Shown piece after piece: positions 50,925 to 60,675 of a DNA stretch of 64,000 bases. How positions within the stretch are numbered: the stretch's first letter is position 1; each line of letters begins with the position of its first letter. The position numbers were made by a program, and so were the translations under genes. The notes beneath the pieces were generated by a model. That model was not told the DNA's origin and ran no database searches. It saw only the letters and a list, made by a program, of their open reading frames with translations. Origin of the DNA: Terriglobia bacterium (GTDB taxonomy: Bacteria; Acidobacteriota; Terriglobia; 20CM-2-55-15); assembly GCA_965218585.1 (NCBI GenBank), contig CBDCLE010000002.1, positions 489,586 through 553,585 of the forward strand, read 5' to 3'.

Positions 50925-51676
50925 ATCTCATTGAACTCCAGCGGGCTCTCCGACAACTCCGTCTCGGCGGCATCGCCGAGGTCCTGGAAACACGACTCCA
51001 CCAGGCCCAGACCGAACCCATGGCGCCGATCGATCTGGTCTCCCGCCTAGTCTCCGACGAACTGGACCGTCGCAGCATCCGACTGCTGGAACGCCGGCGG
51101 AAGCAAGCCCGGTTCCGCGATCCCCACAAGACGCTGGACAGCTTCGACTTCACTTTCAACAAGAAGATGAATCGCAGTCTGGTCTTCGATCTGGCCACGG
51201 CCGCATTCATCTCCAGACACGAAGACGCCTTGTTTCTCGGTCCACCCGGCACCGGCAAGAGTCATCTGGCTCAGGCCATCGGTCTGGCCGCCATCGAGCA
51301 AGGCTATCGGGTCGTCTACCGTGAAACCCATGCCCTTCTCGACGACATCGCCGAAGCCACCATCGACGGGACCCGTAAGGAGTTTATGGAGGCTCTGGCC
51401 ACGGTCCCGTTGCTGATCATCGACGACCTGGGGATACGGAAGCTCCCCCCGACTGCAGCAGAGGAACTTCTCGAGATCGTTATGCGACGGTATGAACGAA
51501 CCAGCACGTTACTGACATCGAATCGGCCCGTCGAAGACTGGGGCAAACTACTCGGCGACAGCGCGGCTGTGACTGCGATGCTGGATCGGTTGCTCCATCA
51601 CGGCCACATCCTCAAGTGCGGGCCTCGGAGTTGGCGCACCAAAACGGGCTTGCCGACTCCCCCACGAAAGGGGTAG
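50921..51676 (+). CDS. istB: IS21 helper ATPase IstB
   Basis: GPPGTGKS, LLIIDDLG, TSN and LDRLLHH motifs; ATGA overlap with istA. Confidence 0.95.
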   Translation: MNLIELQRALRQLRLGGIAEVLETRLHQAQTEPMAPIDLVSRLVSDELDRRSIRLLERRRKQARFRDPHKTLDSFDFTFNKKMNRSLVFDLATAAFISRHEDALFLGPPGTGKSHLAQAIGLAAIEQGYRVVYRETHALLDDIAEATIDGTRKEFMEALATVPLLIIDDLGIRKLPPTAAEELLEIVMRRYERTSTLLTSNRPVEDWGKLLGDSAAVTAMLDRLLHHGHILKCGPRSWRTKTGLPTPPRKG

Positions 51677-52100
51677 AACTACACCGTCCCGGGCCATGCC
51701 CGTTGGCCGGTTTTGAAGTGACCACTGAGGCAAACTCGCAGTGCAACAGACCACCGCCACCGGCGACCAAGCCTTAATCCTACCCGACGGCCTGTCGTGG
51801 GTGGGCGGGGACTTCCACTGCGGCGACGTGTTAACCTTCCACTGTCTCACCATCCACCAAGGCCAAGACAACGAAAGTCGCGACCACCTGCGCATGTCGC
51901 TAGACTACCGCTACCAGCCCATCAGCCACCCCGTGCACCCCGACTCGCTTGAGCCGCACCAACAAGTCACCGATACCACAGGAAATTTCTCCTGGGAAAA
52001 TATCTACTCGGACTGGGCACCGGAAGACCCGCTCAAGTACTACTGGCAACGATTGGGTCCGAAGATCATCCCCAGGGATTGACGTGCAGGGTATCGCTAA

Positions 52101-53837
52101 CCCGCATGTTTCACCAGTCCGGCGATCAGGGGGATTTGGGCAGTAAGAATCGGATTCGGGAGGATCTGGGTTCGAATTGGGCATGTGTGGCGTGACTCGG
52201 CGGTGTCGACAAGCGGGAGTTGCTGCGTTTTCGGGTTCAGAAGAGGGTGACGAAACGCACTGAGACAAACCTCGGCGGAGCCGAAAAGAGCGAGTCGATT
52301 TTGGCGCAGGGGATCGGGTCGGTTCTCAGCAGCGCAGAGGAAGCGCCTGCAGGTTTCGATGGACGAGGGCAAAGACCTCGGCGTAGGGATAGGCTTCCGA
52401 CATGGAGATCCAGATGTTGCGAACCGTCAGACGGACTTGAGCTCCGATCTTGAGGAGCTTCAAGCGGATCGTCTGGCACTGAGCGCGGGCCAGATCGGTA
52501 TTCTTCAGTCCCAGACGGCGTAACGCGTGCAGGAGCATGTAGGCGGCCGAGGACAGATAGAGCCGGAGTTGATTGGCGCGCATGGTTGCCGCGCTGGTCC
52601 GGTCGGCGAATAGATCCAACTGCTGTTCCTTGATGCGATTTTCCATGTCGCCCCGCGCACAGTAAAAGTCTTCATAGAGGGCGCGGGCGTCCAGGCGTTC
52701 CGGCGACAGTGAGGTCACAACGAATCGAGGATTGGCGCCTTTCTCCAGGAACTCGGCCTTGCCGATGACGCGTCGGGTGCAGGTCCAGCTCTTCCGAGTG
52801 CGATACCGGAAATCGTTAAACACCCGCGCCGGTTTCCCGGTGTCGTTAAACTCGGCTTCGGCCTGACTCATCGATTCAGCGATCTCGCGCTTGAGCCGAT
52901 CGTTCTTGGCCAGACCCACCACGTAATCGACCTGGTGGGCCTCGCACCAACTCAGCAATTCATCCCGGCAAAAGCCCGAGTCGGCCCGGATGATAATCGA
53001 CACCTCCGGCCAGCTCTGCCGGATCTGGCCGATGATGCGGTTCAATTCCTCGACGGCGCCGTCCGCACCGTCGACATTGGAGCACCGCAACCGGGCGCAT
53101 AGCAGATGCTCTCCCGAAAAGATGTAGAGCGGCAGATAACAGTAGTTGCCGTAGTAGCCGTGAAAGAACCGTCCTTCCTGATGGCCATGGATCGGATCAT
53201 CGGTCGCATCCAGGTCCAGAACAATCTCCTCGGGCGCCGATCCGTGAGCCGCCACAAATGCATCCACCATCCAGCGGTCGATCTTGTCCGGGTCCATGGC
53301 CATCTTCTTGTACCGCTCCTTCCCATCGACTTGCTCCCCGGTCAGTTCCAACCGGTTCAGCGTACACTTGCCCGCCAACGCTTTTCCCCGGTCTCGGGCC
53401 TGCCGCCGCTTCTCCCCCAGTGGATCGGCCTTATCCACCGCCACGGCCAGCATCGGATCGGTCCGCAGTTGGTCATGATCGTTCAGATCCTCGTAGCCCA
53501 GACAGAGTCCGTAGACGCGCTGCCCCAATAACTCGCTCACCGTGTGTTCGATCAACCTCGCGTCCCGGTAATCCCTGAAACACTCGGCCAGTCCGGCGAT
53601 CAGACCCGTTCGCTTTTCCACTTCCCTCAACAGCAGAACCCCAGCGTCGGAGGTGATCTTTCCGCCGTCAAAACGCGCCTTCACTTTTCGTTGAAGAAGT
53701 CCGTGAAATTCGAACGTCGTTTGGTTACACTCTGTTCTCATAAGGGCCGTCTCCGTTTGGCTTGTTAAACGTTTATTTCAAAACGCTTTATGCCAGACAG
53801 GGCGGCCTTTTCTGGTCCTATCGGTGAAATATGCGGG
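52101..53837 (-). mobile_element. IS1380-family element, copy 2 (1737 bp, inverted relative to copy 1)
   Basis: Same TIRs and same transposase protein as copy 1; flanks CTAA and CTAG. Confidence 0.93.
52326..53741 (-). CDS. IS1380 family transposase
   Basis: Same translation as 30436..31851. Confidence 0.95.
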   Translation of the reverse strand: MRTECNQTTFEFHGLLQRKVKARFDGGKITSDAGVLLLREVEKRTGLIAGLAECFRDYRDARLIEHTVSELLGQRVYGLCLGYEDLNDHDQLRTDPMLAVAVDKADPLGEKRRQARDRGKALAGKCTLNRLELTGEQVDGKERYKKMAMDPDKIDRWMVDAFVAAHGSAPEEIVLDLDATDDPIHGHQEGRFFHGYYGNYCYLPLYIFSGEHLLCARLRCSNVDGADGAVEELNRIIGQIRQSWPEVSIIIRADSGFCRDELLSWCEAHQVDYVVGLAKNDRLKREIAESMSQAEAEFNDTGKPARVFNDFRYRTRKSWTCTRRVIGKAEFLEKGANPRFVVTSLSPERLDARALYEDFYCARGDMENRIKEQQLDLFADRTSAATMRANQLRLYLSSAAYMLLHALRRLGLKNTDLARAQCQTIRLKLLKIGAQVRLTVRNIWISMSEAYPYAEVFALVHRNLQALPLRC

Positions 53838-54402
53838 CTAGGAGTTTCAACTCCTCGCGCAAGGCCTTGAGCCCTCGCCTCAACAGCCCCGCGACACTGG
53901 CTTTGCTTCGATCCATGAACTCGGCGATCTCGGCCAGCGACAATTCCCCCAGATGCCGGAGCTCCACGGCAGTCCGCTGGTCTTCGGGGAGGGTTTCCAG
54001 CGCTCTTACCAGGAGCAATTGCTGTTCGTGCCGGGCCAGATGTTGACTCGGCGAGGTCTGCTTCAAGTCAGGCATCCGGCGCATCCGGCCGTCTATATTC
54101 TCTATGGTTTCCCTATAGGTTTCTTCAAGCGCCGCGTCCCGTTTCTTGCGGAGGAAGTGACGCTCCTTGTCGATCAGTTCGTTCTTGAGAATCTGTCTCA
54201 GCCAGCCCATGAACTCCTCTGGGATTTTGCCCTTAAACTGTTTTTCGCGTTTATGGGCCCTCAGCATTACGTCCTGGACGAGATCCGATGCCCCAACCCT
54301 GTTGCGTACTGGACCCGCATTGGCCAGCAGAACACGGGCCAGTCCCATCAAGTAGGCCCGGTAAGATTCAAGGGGAGACGTAGGCGTAACTTCGGTTCGC
54401 AT
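53818..54402 (-). CDS. ECF sigma-70 factor (Planctomycete-type, kinase-associated); C-terminal residues now supplied by the IS1380 end
   Basis: YR.YL..LAR, ASDLVQD, F.GWLRQIL.N, SPSQ and LPEDQR.AV.LRH...EIA..M.RS..SV.GLL.RGL motifs. Confidence 0.88.
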   Translation of the reverse strand: MRTEVTPTSPLESYRAYLMGLARVLLANAGPVRNRVGASDLVQDVMLRAHKREKQFKGKIPEEFMGWLRQILKNELIDKERHFLRKKRDAALEETYRETIENIDGRMRRMPDLKQTSPSQHLARHEQQLLLVRALETLPEDQRTAVELRHLGELSLAEIAEFMDRSKASVAGLLRRGLKALREELKLLARIFHR

Positions 54403-55915
54403 TTTGAGCAACTGTGGATGCTGTCGGACAGGTCGTTGCCTTAGTGTACTCCAGACCGATCCGGAGGAACTACAGAACGAGAGTGTGGCAGCCAAGCCCG
54501 CGATTCCCACACCGACTCTCCCTCTAGCGACCTCCACGAATTGCTCCCTCAGGCACCGAAAGATCCAGCCCCATCTGTTGGGCTACGATCAGCTGCATCA
54601 TTTGAGCGAAATCAGTAGATGCCAGATCCGTGTCGCCCGCGCCGCTCCCACCCATGACTAGTGTCGGAACCTGCCGAGTGGCGTAGGCATTGGCCCAAAT
54701 CTGCTGTGCCTGTACATAGGCCAGCAGTTTTTCCTGCAATGCCCCATCGGCCTGAAGTACCAGTCGCTTTCTTTCGGCCTCGCCCTGACCGAGGAGGATC
54801 TCTTCCTGCTTCTTTTCGGCCGCGGCCAGGCGATCAAGTTGAGCAACTTCGACCCGCTGCTGTGCCTCAACTACGGCACGAGATCTTTCAAACTCGGCGA
54901 CATCCAGCCGTTCCTGTGCTTGGACAACTGCTCGGATCTTCACTTGCTCCTCTGCGTACCGCTCGCGTGCCACGTTGGCCTTTCCTTCCGCCTCCACCAT
55001 CAGGGCTTCCTGTTCAGCCTGCTGGGCTCGGGCCATCGCGGTGGACACCGCCATGAGCGCGGTCTGCTGTGTGCCGATTTGTTCTCGCACTTTCTCTGTA
55101 TAGTCGAACTGCTTCACTTCGAAGTTCGCAAGAGTAATGCCTAGTCCATCCAGCGGATTCTGCTGATAGGCAGAATTTCCATCGTCCCCCATCTTGATTA
55201 TCTTGAAGGTCTTCGTGACCTCCTGCCCCGACACCGGATCGATGACCTTTCGCGTTTCTTCCTCGGTCTCATATAGCCCGTTCTGGATCTGGTCCCAGGC
55301 CCAGAAGACATAGTCCGCACGCTTCTCCGAATAGGACTCTCGTGCAGACATCAGGTTCGCAGTGACGCGAAGGGCGTTTCGGACAACGGGGAGGATGAGC
55401 TTCTGCTCGAGCTCCTGGTAGTCGGCGTAACCGTACTTGGTTACCACGTCGATGGCTTCTTGTTCTGCACTGGGGAGGATGATCCGCAAAGTGCCGGACA
55501 CGTCACAGAGGGACCCATCGTTGAATCGCACCTCGATGGCGGGAGCCGATCCAGTCTTCTCATTCATGAAGTAAAACGTCTCTGCTTTTGGCCAGGTCAC
55601 GATGTTGCTGAATAGCTGAGGCCACATCCCGGGCATGAGCTTGGCGTCCATCTTGCCCGTAACGATCATCTGCCTCACCTGGTAGGAGTTCTGATTAACA
55701 GTCTCAAGGATCCCGGCGCCGAGCACAGCCAATACTCCCAGGATCGATCCCACGACAGTGAGCTTTTTCACTGACAGGAATAACAAAGCCGTCGATTTGA
55801 TCTGGGATATGAGACGGATACCTCGCCAGGAAGCCCCAAGGCCCGCAAGAAGGGCATTCTTTGCCTTTTCTGAAGTGTCTTCATGTTTCGGGTTCGTTTT
55901 CGGTTCGTCCAGTAG

Positions 55916-57383
55916 TACTACTATGTTACAAACGGTCTATTTTATGTTAGCATCCGGTCATGAGCGCCAAATCGAAGGCGCCAGGCACTCAGGAAAAACG
56001 TTTTGCGGCCTATTTGGAACGCCTGGCGTCGGCCGCAGGACACGCCGATCGTCATGAACCGTTGAAGTCGTACTGCACCGGGTTGTTGCTGCCGATCAAA
56101 CGTAAGAGTGTGGAGCCGATGGCTGCACGATTGGCTCCGGATAATGTACGCCGAATGCACCAGTCGCTACATCATCTGGTCGCGGATGCGCCCTGGGACG
56201 ATGCGGCTCTGTTGGCAGAAGTTCGACAGTACGCGCTGGGGGCGATGGAAGCCAACGGTCCGATTGAAGCCTGGATTGTCGACGACACCGGATTCGTGAA
56301 AAAGGGGACCCACTCGGTGGGTGTGGCCCGGCAATACTGTGGACAGGTCGGCAAACCTGAGAACTGCCGGGTGGCGGTGAGCCTGTCGGTGGCGACAGCG
56401 AAATCCAGCTTGCCGGTGGCATGGCGACTCTACCTCCCCGAGACCTGGGCGAAGGATCCGGAACGTCGAAGCAAAGCCGCTATTCCCGAAGACGTTCGAT
56501 TTCAAACTAAACCTCAAATTGCTTTGGAACAAATCCGGCAGGCCGTCGATGACGGCATTGCTCCGGCACCGGTTCTGGGCGATACGGCCTACGGCAACAA
56601 CTACAAGTTCCGGCACGGCATCACCGAACTCGGACTTAGCTACGTCCTAGGGGTGCAAGGCACCACGACCGTGTGGAAACCGGGCCAGGGTCCCTTGCCG
56701 CCGAAATCCTTGACCGGCCGCGGACGGACACCGACCCGCATGCAGCGCAACAAGAAACATCAACCGGTTTCGGTCAAGCAACTGGCCCTCTCGTTGTCTC
56801 CCCAGCGTTGGAAGAACGTCTCCTGGCGCGAAGGCACCTCCGAGACCCTGCGTTCCCGTTTCGCCGCAGTTCGCATTCGTCCCGCTCATCTGGATCACGA
56901 GCGCCACTCGCCGCATCCGAAAGAGTGGTTGTTGGTCGAGTGGCCCAAGACCGCATCCGAACCGATCCGGTACTGGCTCTCCACTCTTGGGGCCCATACC
57001 TCGCTTTCCGATCTGGCCGGTCAGGCCAAACAGCGCTGGATCATCGAACGCGACTATCAGGAACTCAAGCAGGAACTCGGTCTGGGACACTACGAAGGTC
57101 GCGGCTGGCGTGGATTTCACCATCATGGCACCTTATGTATTGCCTCTTATGGGTTCCTGGTCGCCGAGCGGAGCCGTTTTTCCCCCTCTGCATTTGTCGA
57201 GCATGTTGGACTATCCGTCCCCAAACTCCCCAAACACTTCAAACCCCGCGGAACCCCGGATCCGGCCCGAACGACATAACCCCTGCTCGATTGCCACGCT
57301 TCGCATTCGCATCGCCCGCTTCCTGATTCAGCAGCTTCCTCGTTGTCCGTTCTGTGGACCGCTTCGTTTGTAACACAGTAGTA
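55916..57383 (+). mobile_element. IS701-family element, copy 2 (1468 bp)
   Basis: TIRs as copy 1 (one mismatch); 4-bp TSD GTAG. Confidence 0.93.
55960..57279 (+). CDS. IS701 family transposase
   Basis: Two amino-acid differences from copy 1; retains RQYCG. Confidence 0.93.
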   Translation: MSAKSKAPGTQEKRFAAYLERLASAAGHADRHEPLKSYCTGLLLPIKRKSVEPMAARLAPDNVRRMHQSLHHLVADAPWDDAALLAEVRQYALGAMEANGPIEAWIVDDTGFVKKGTHSVGVARQYCGQVGKPENCRVAVSLSVATAKSSLPVAWRLYLPETWAKDPERRSKAAIPEDVRFQTKPQIALEQIRQAVDDGIAPAPVLGDTAYGNNYKFRHGITELGLSYVLGVQGTTTVWKPGQGPLPPKSLTGRGRTPTRMQRNKKHQPVSVKQLALSLSPQRWKNVSWREGTSETLRSRFAAVRIRPAHLDHERHSPHPKEWLLVEWPKTASEPIRYWLSTLGAHTSLSDLAGQAKQRWIIERDYQELKQELGLGHYEGRGWRGFHHHGTLCIASYGFLVAERSRFSPSAFVEHVGLSVPKLPKHFKPRGTPDPARTT

Positions 57384-57589
57384 GTAGACCCATGATCGAT
57401 TCCTCCTTCCTTCGACAGATTCATATATCTGCATTCAAGGCCTAAGACGACAAGCTGGAGAGAAGAGACCGCGGAAATCTTGCGCGCACCAGGTATTCAT
57501 GCCATTCTCACATCGAATCCCGTTATGGCGCGATTTCTGCAATTGGTTTATGGGAGTGTCGTGAGCCAAGACCTGCCTTGAAACGATTC

Positions 57590-57623
57590 TCAACGCCTGT
57601 TAAATTATCTTCGCGGACCTTGA
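57590..57623. repeat. 34-bp palindromic site A (degenerate)
   Basis: tcaacgcctgttaa-attatc-ttcgcggaccttga. Confidence 0.6.
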
Positions 57624-57737
57624 GAATTTCAGCGAACGGAAACCCTCCTCTCGCCTGCCGTTCCTCGATTGGCCTCCAACTGGCTGTATCTCCCATTGTT
57701 TCAATGGATTACTGAGAAACTCGAAGCTCGCCATTTC

Positions 57738-57771
57738 TCAACGTCCGACAATGTCGTTTGTCAGGACTTGA
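57738..57771. repeat. 34-bp palindromic site B (inverted relative to C and D)
   Basis: tcaacgtccgacaa-tgtcgt-ttgtcaggacttga. Confidence 0.8.
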
Positions 57772-57850
57772 GAATTTAATAGCGCCTAACTTCCTGCCTT
57801 AGTATTCTTTACCGAGTTTTTCGCAGCTTTTTCAGCGACACACTTTAATC

Positions 57851-60528
57851 ATGGAATCTGGCACCAAACTCGCTCATTACGAGATCTCAACGCTCTTGGG
57901 TAAGGGTGGAATGGGAGAGGTGTGGCGTGCCAAGGACACGAAACTTGGGCGTGAAGTTGCTATTAAGACACTGCCTGAAGAGTTTGCGAAGGATGCAGAT
58001 CGATTAGCCCGGTTCGAGCGTGAAGCGAAACTCCTTGCCTCATTGAATCACCCAAACATCGCGGCCATTCACGGATTTGAAGAAGACAACGGAACGCACT
58101 TTCTCGTTCTCGAATTGGTTGAAGGCGACACCCTCGCTGACCAGTTGAAGCATGGGGCTATTCCTGTCGAAGAATCACTGAAGCTTGCCGTTCAGATTGC
58201 GGAAGCCCTCGAAGCCGCGCATGAAAAAGGTGTCATCCACAGGGATCTCAAACCCGCCAACATCAAAGTCACCGACGACGGTAAGGTCAAAGTGTTGGAC
58301 TTCGGTCTGGCTAAAGCGTTTGAAGGCGACGCCCCTGACGCGAGCGTGTCGAACTCGCCAACCTTAAGTATGGCCGCGACGCAGCAGGGAACGATCCTTG
58401 GAACAGCTGCCTACATGTCGCCGGAACAGGCACGCGGGAAAACGGTGGACAAGAGAGCCGACGTTTGGGCATTCGGCGTGGTCCTCTATGAATCGCTCAC
58501 AGGGAAGCAAGCATTTGCCGACGACGACGTGTCGATGACGCTTTCACGAGTGCTTCAACGAGAACCGGACTTCGATGCGCTCCCCGCCAGCCTGTCACCG
58601 ACAGTCAATACGTACATCAGGCGCTGTATCGAGAAGGACCCAAAACAGCGTGTCCGAGACGTGGGGGACGTACGACTGGCGTTAGAAGGAGCATTCGACG
58701 CCGCTGGGTCAAAAGCTTCTGATGACGGGGAAATCCTGGCCATGGATCAGGCCGCCGGTTGGCGGTACGCGACGTCGCTTGCACTTGCATACCTCGCCGC
58801 AGGTAGCCTCATCACAGGTCTGTTAGTCTGGAACTTGTCCCGCCCTGACCCACAAGTTCCAATCCGTTTTACGATTAATACGGACCCCGTATACACATCG
58901 ACTGTCTATCAGGACATAGCGATTTCGCCTGATGGACAACGCATCGCTTATATGACCGGCGGCGATGAAGTCGGGTTGAACGTCCGCACGCTGGATCAGT
59001 TCGCGCCGGTGGTTCCACTTGGCGACGCCTCGTGCTGCCATGGCCCGTTCTTCTCACCTGATGGCCAGTGGGTTGGTTTTGTCGACTTACTTGGTGCCGA
59101 ACTCAGACGAATCCGTGTGGACGGCGGTCCGACTGTCACGATTTCTGATCTCGAAGGTCACGCTATGACAGGTGCCACCTGGGGAGACGATGACACTATC
59201 ATTTTCTCCACTGCGGAAGGCAGTGGTCTCTGGCAGGTCCCAGCAGCAGGGGGAGATCCTGAACCGTTAACGACGACGGATGCCGTGCAGGGGGAACTGA
59301 ACCATCTCTGGCCTGAAATCCTACCCGGGGGCGAAGCAGTTCTGTTTCCATCACGAGCCTGACCCAAGACCCACAGATCGCCGTTCTGTCTCTGGACACG
59401 GGCCAAACGAAGATCATCATGCCGGGTGGATCCAGTCCGAGGTATGCCGCCTCGGGCCATCTCGTGTATGCGGTCGAGAATAGTTTGAGGGCTGTAGGTT
59501 TCGATCTCGACCGACTGGAGGTCCGAGGCGACCCGTTTCCGATCCTGGAAGACGTTCTCACCAAAGCGTCCGGCGCAGCGAACTTTGCTATTTCTGACAA
59601 TGGATCTCTTGTATATATGCTGGCGAGTACTGCCGTGGAAGGGACAATGGGATGGGTCGATCGCAGCGGAGCAATGATCTCCGTGATCGACACGGGACCC
59701 TTCTGGGCAGGCCCTCGGCTTTCGCCCGATGGCACACGTGTGGCTGTGGCGATGAGTGGCGAAACCAGCAGCGAAGATATCTGGATCTACGATCTCGAAC
59801 GAGACGGGGGTGAACTCAGGCTGATATCAGAAGGCGCTGACCGCTGGCCGGTTTGGACGCCAGACGGCTCAGAGATCACGTTTACCTCCACAAAAGGCGG
59901 TGGCACGTTGGATCTGTACTCGATATCGGCAGATCTCGACGATGCCCCAGAACCGCTTCTCGAAAGTCCGGAGATCTTGGTTCCCGACTCGTGGTCTGAA
60001 GATGGTCAGGTCCTGGTCTACATTAGGCTCAACGCACAAACCGGATATGACATTTGGTCTCTGGCAGACGGTGAGTCGCAAGCAGTTGTCGTCGGTGAAT
60101 CCAACAACACGGCACCACGTCTGTCGCCAGATGGTCGGTCGTTGGCTTTTGCATCCGACCGGTTCGGGGAAGGCCGAATTTTTCTGCAGCGGTTCCCCGA
60201 CGGTGGAGGCGTAATCCCTGTCTCAACGGGAGCGGGCACTCAAGCCGTGTGGTCAAGGGACGGCCGCGAGCTTTTCTATCGCAATGGGAATCAAATGATG
60301 GTGGTCGGTGTGGAAACCGAGCCAGCACTTAGTTTCGGGCAGCCCCGCGTCTTGTTTGAAGCACCGTACGATATTTCACCGATTGGCGTGGCCAATCCCA
60401 ATTATGATGTATCGCTAGATGGACAACAGTTCCTGATGATTCAGACAACTGGCACTGGCCAAACAGCCGCAATGACCTTCGTCCTCAATTGGTTTGAAGA
60501 ACTGAAGGAACGTGTACCGGTTCCCTGA
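57851..60528 (+). pseudogene. Ser/Thr kinase-TM-TolB/PD40 beta-propeller protein 1, frameshifted near 59345-59349
   Basis: GKGGMG, HRDLKPAN, DFG, YMSPE; TM; SPDG repeats. Encoded by ORFs 57851..59362 and 59419..60528. Confidence 0.88.
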
Positions 60529-60537
60529 TTTTCAAGG

Positions 60538-60571
60538 TCAAGTCCGGATAAATCATCTTGTCGGACGTTGA
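60538..60571. repeat. 34-bp palindromic site C (plus an extra half-site at 60586-60596)
   Basis: tcaagtccggataa-atcatc-ttgtcggacgttga. Confidence 0.8.
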
Positions 60572-60675
60572 GAAATAGCAATAAATCGGACGTTGACCTT
60601 CTGATTGCGTCTAAACCCCTCATCTAGTATCTTTTACCGAGTTTCTCTCGGTTGGTTTAGCGACACACTTTAAAC

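Larger units (their letters stand above)
49208..51730 (+). mobile_element. IS21-family element (2523 bp)
   Basis: TIR cctcggcggtcac / gtgaccactgagg; subterminal aaaaccggccaa repeats; 5-bp TSD CAAAC. Confidence 0.92.
48655..52082 (+). pseudogene. PhyH (phytanoyl-CoA dioxygenase) family 2OG-Fe(II) oxygenase split by IS21
   Basis: PHQD, TAWIP, GDVLTFH.LT.H and R.S.DYRY motifs; IS removal gives in-frame THKLGKLAVQQ. Confidence 0.9.
54524..57393 (-). pseudogene. SPFH/band-7-like membrane protein interrupted after codon 3 by IS701 copy 2
   Basis: RBS GGAGG + ATG GGT CTA C at 57393-57384 joins in frame to LDEPKTNP...; TM, IEVRFNDG and an AE-rich coiled coil follow. Confidence 0.8.

Noticed and set aside
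30340-53837. IS1380 composite transposon
   Set aside because: The outer flanks (TTAG, CTAG) do not match; the crossed TSDs fit an inversion.
22858-57383. IS701 or IS256 pairs as composite transposons
   Set aside because: Each copy has its own intact TSD, so these are independent insertions.
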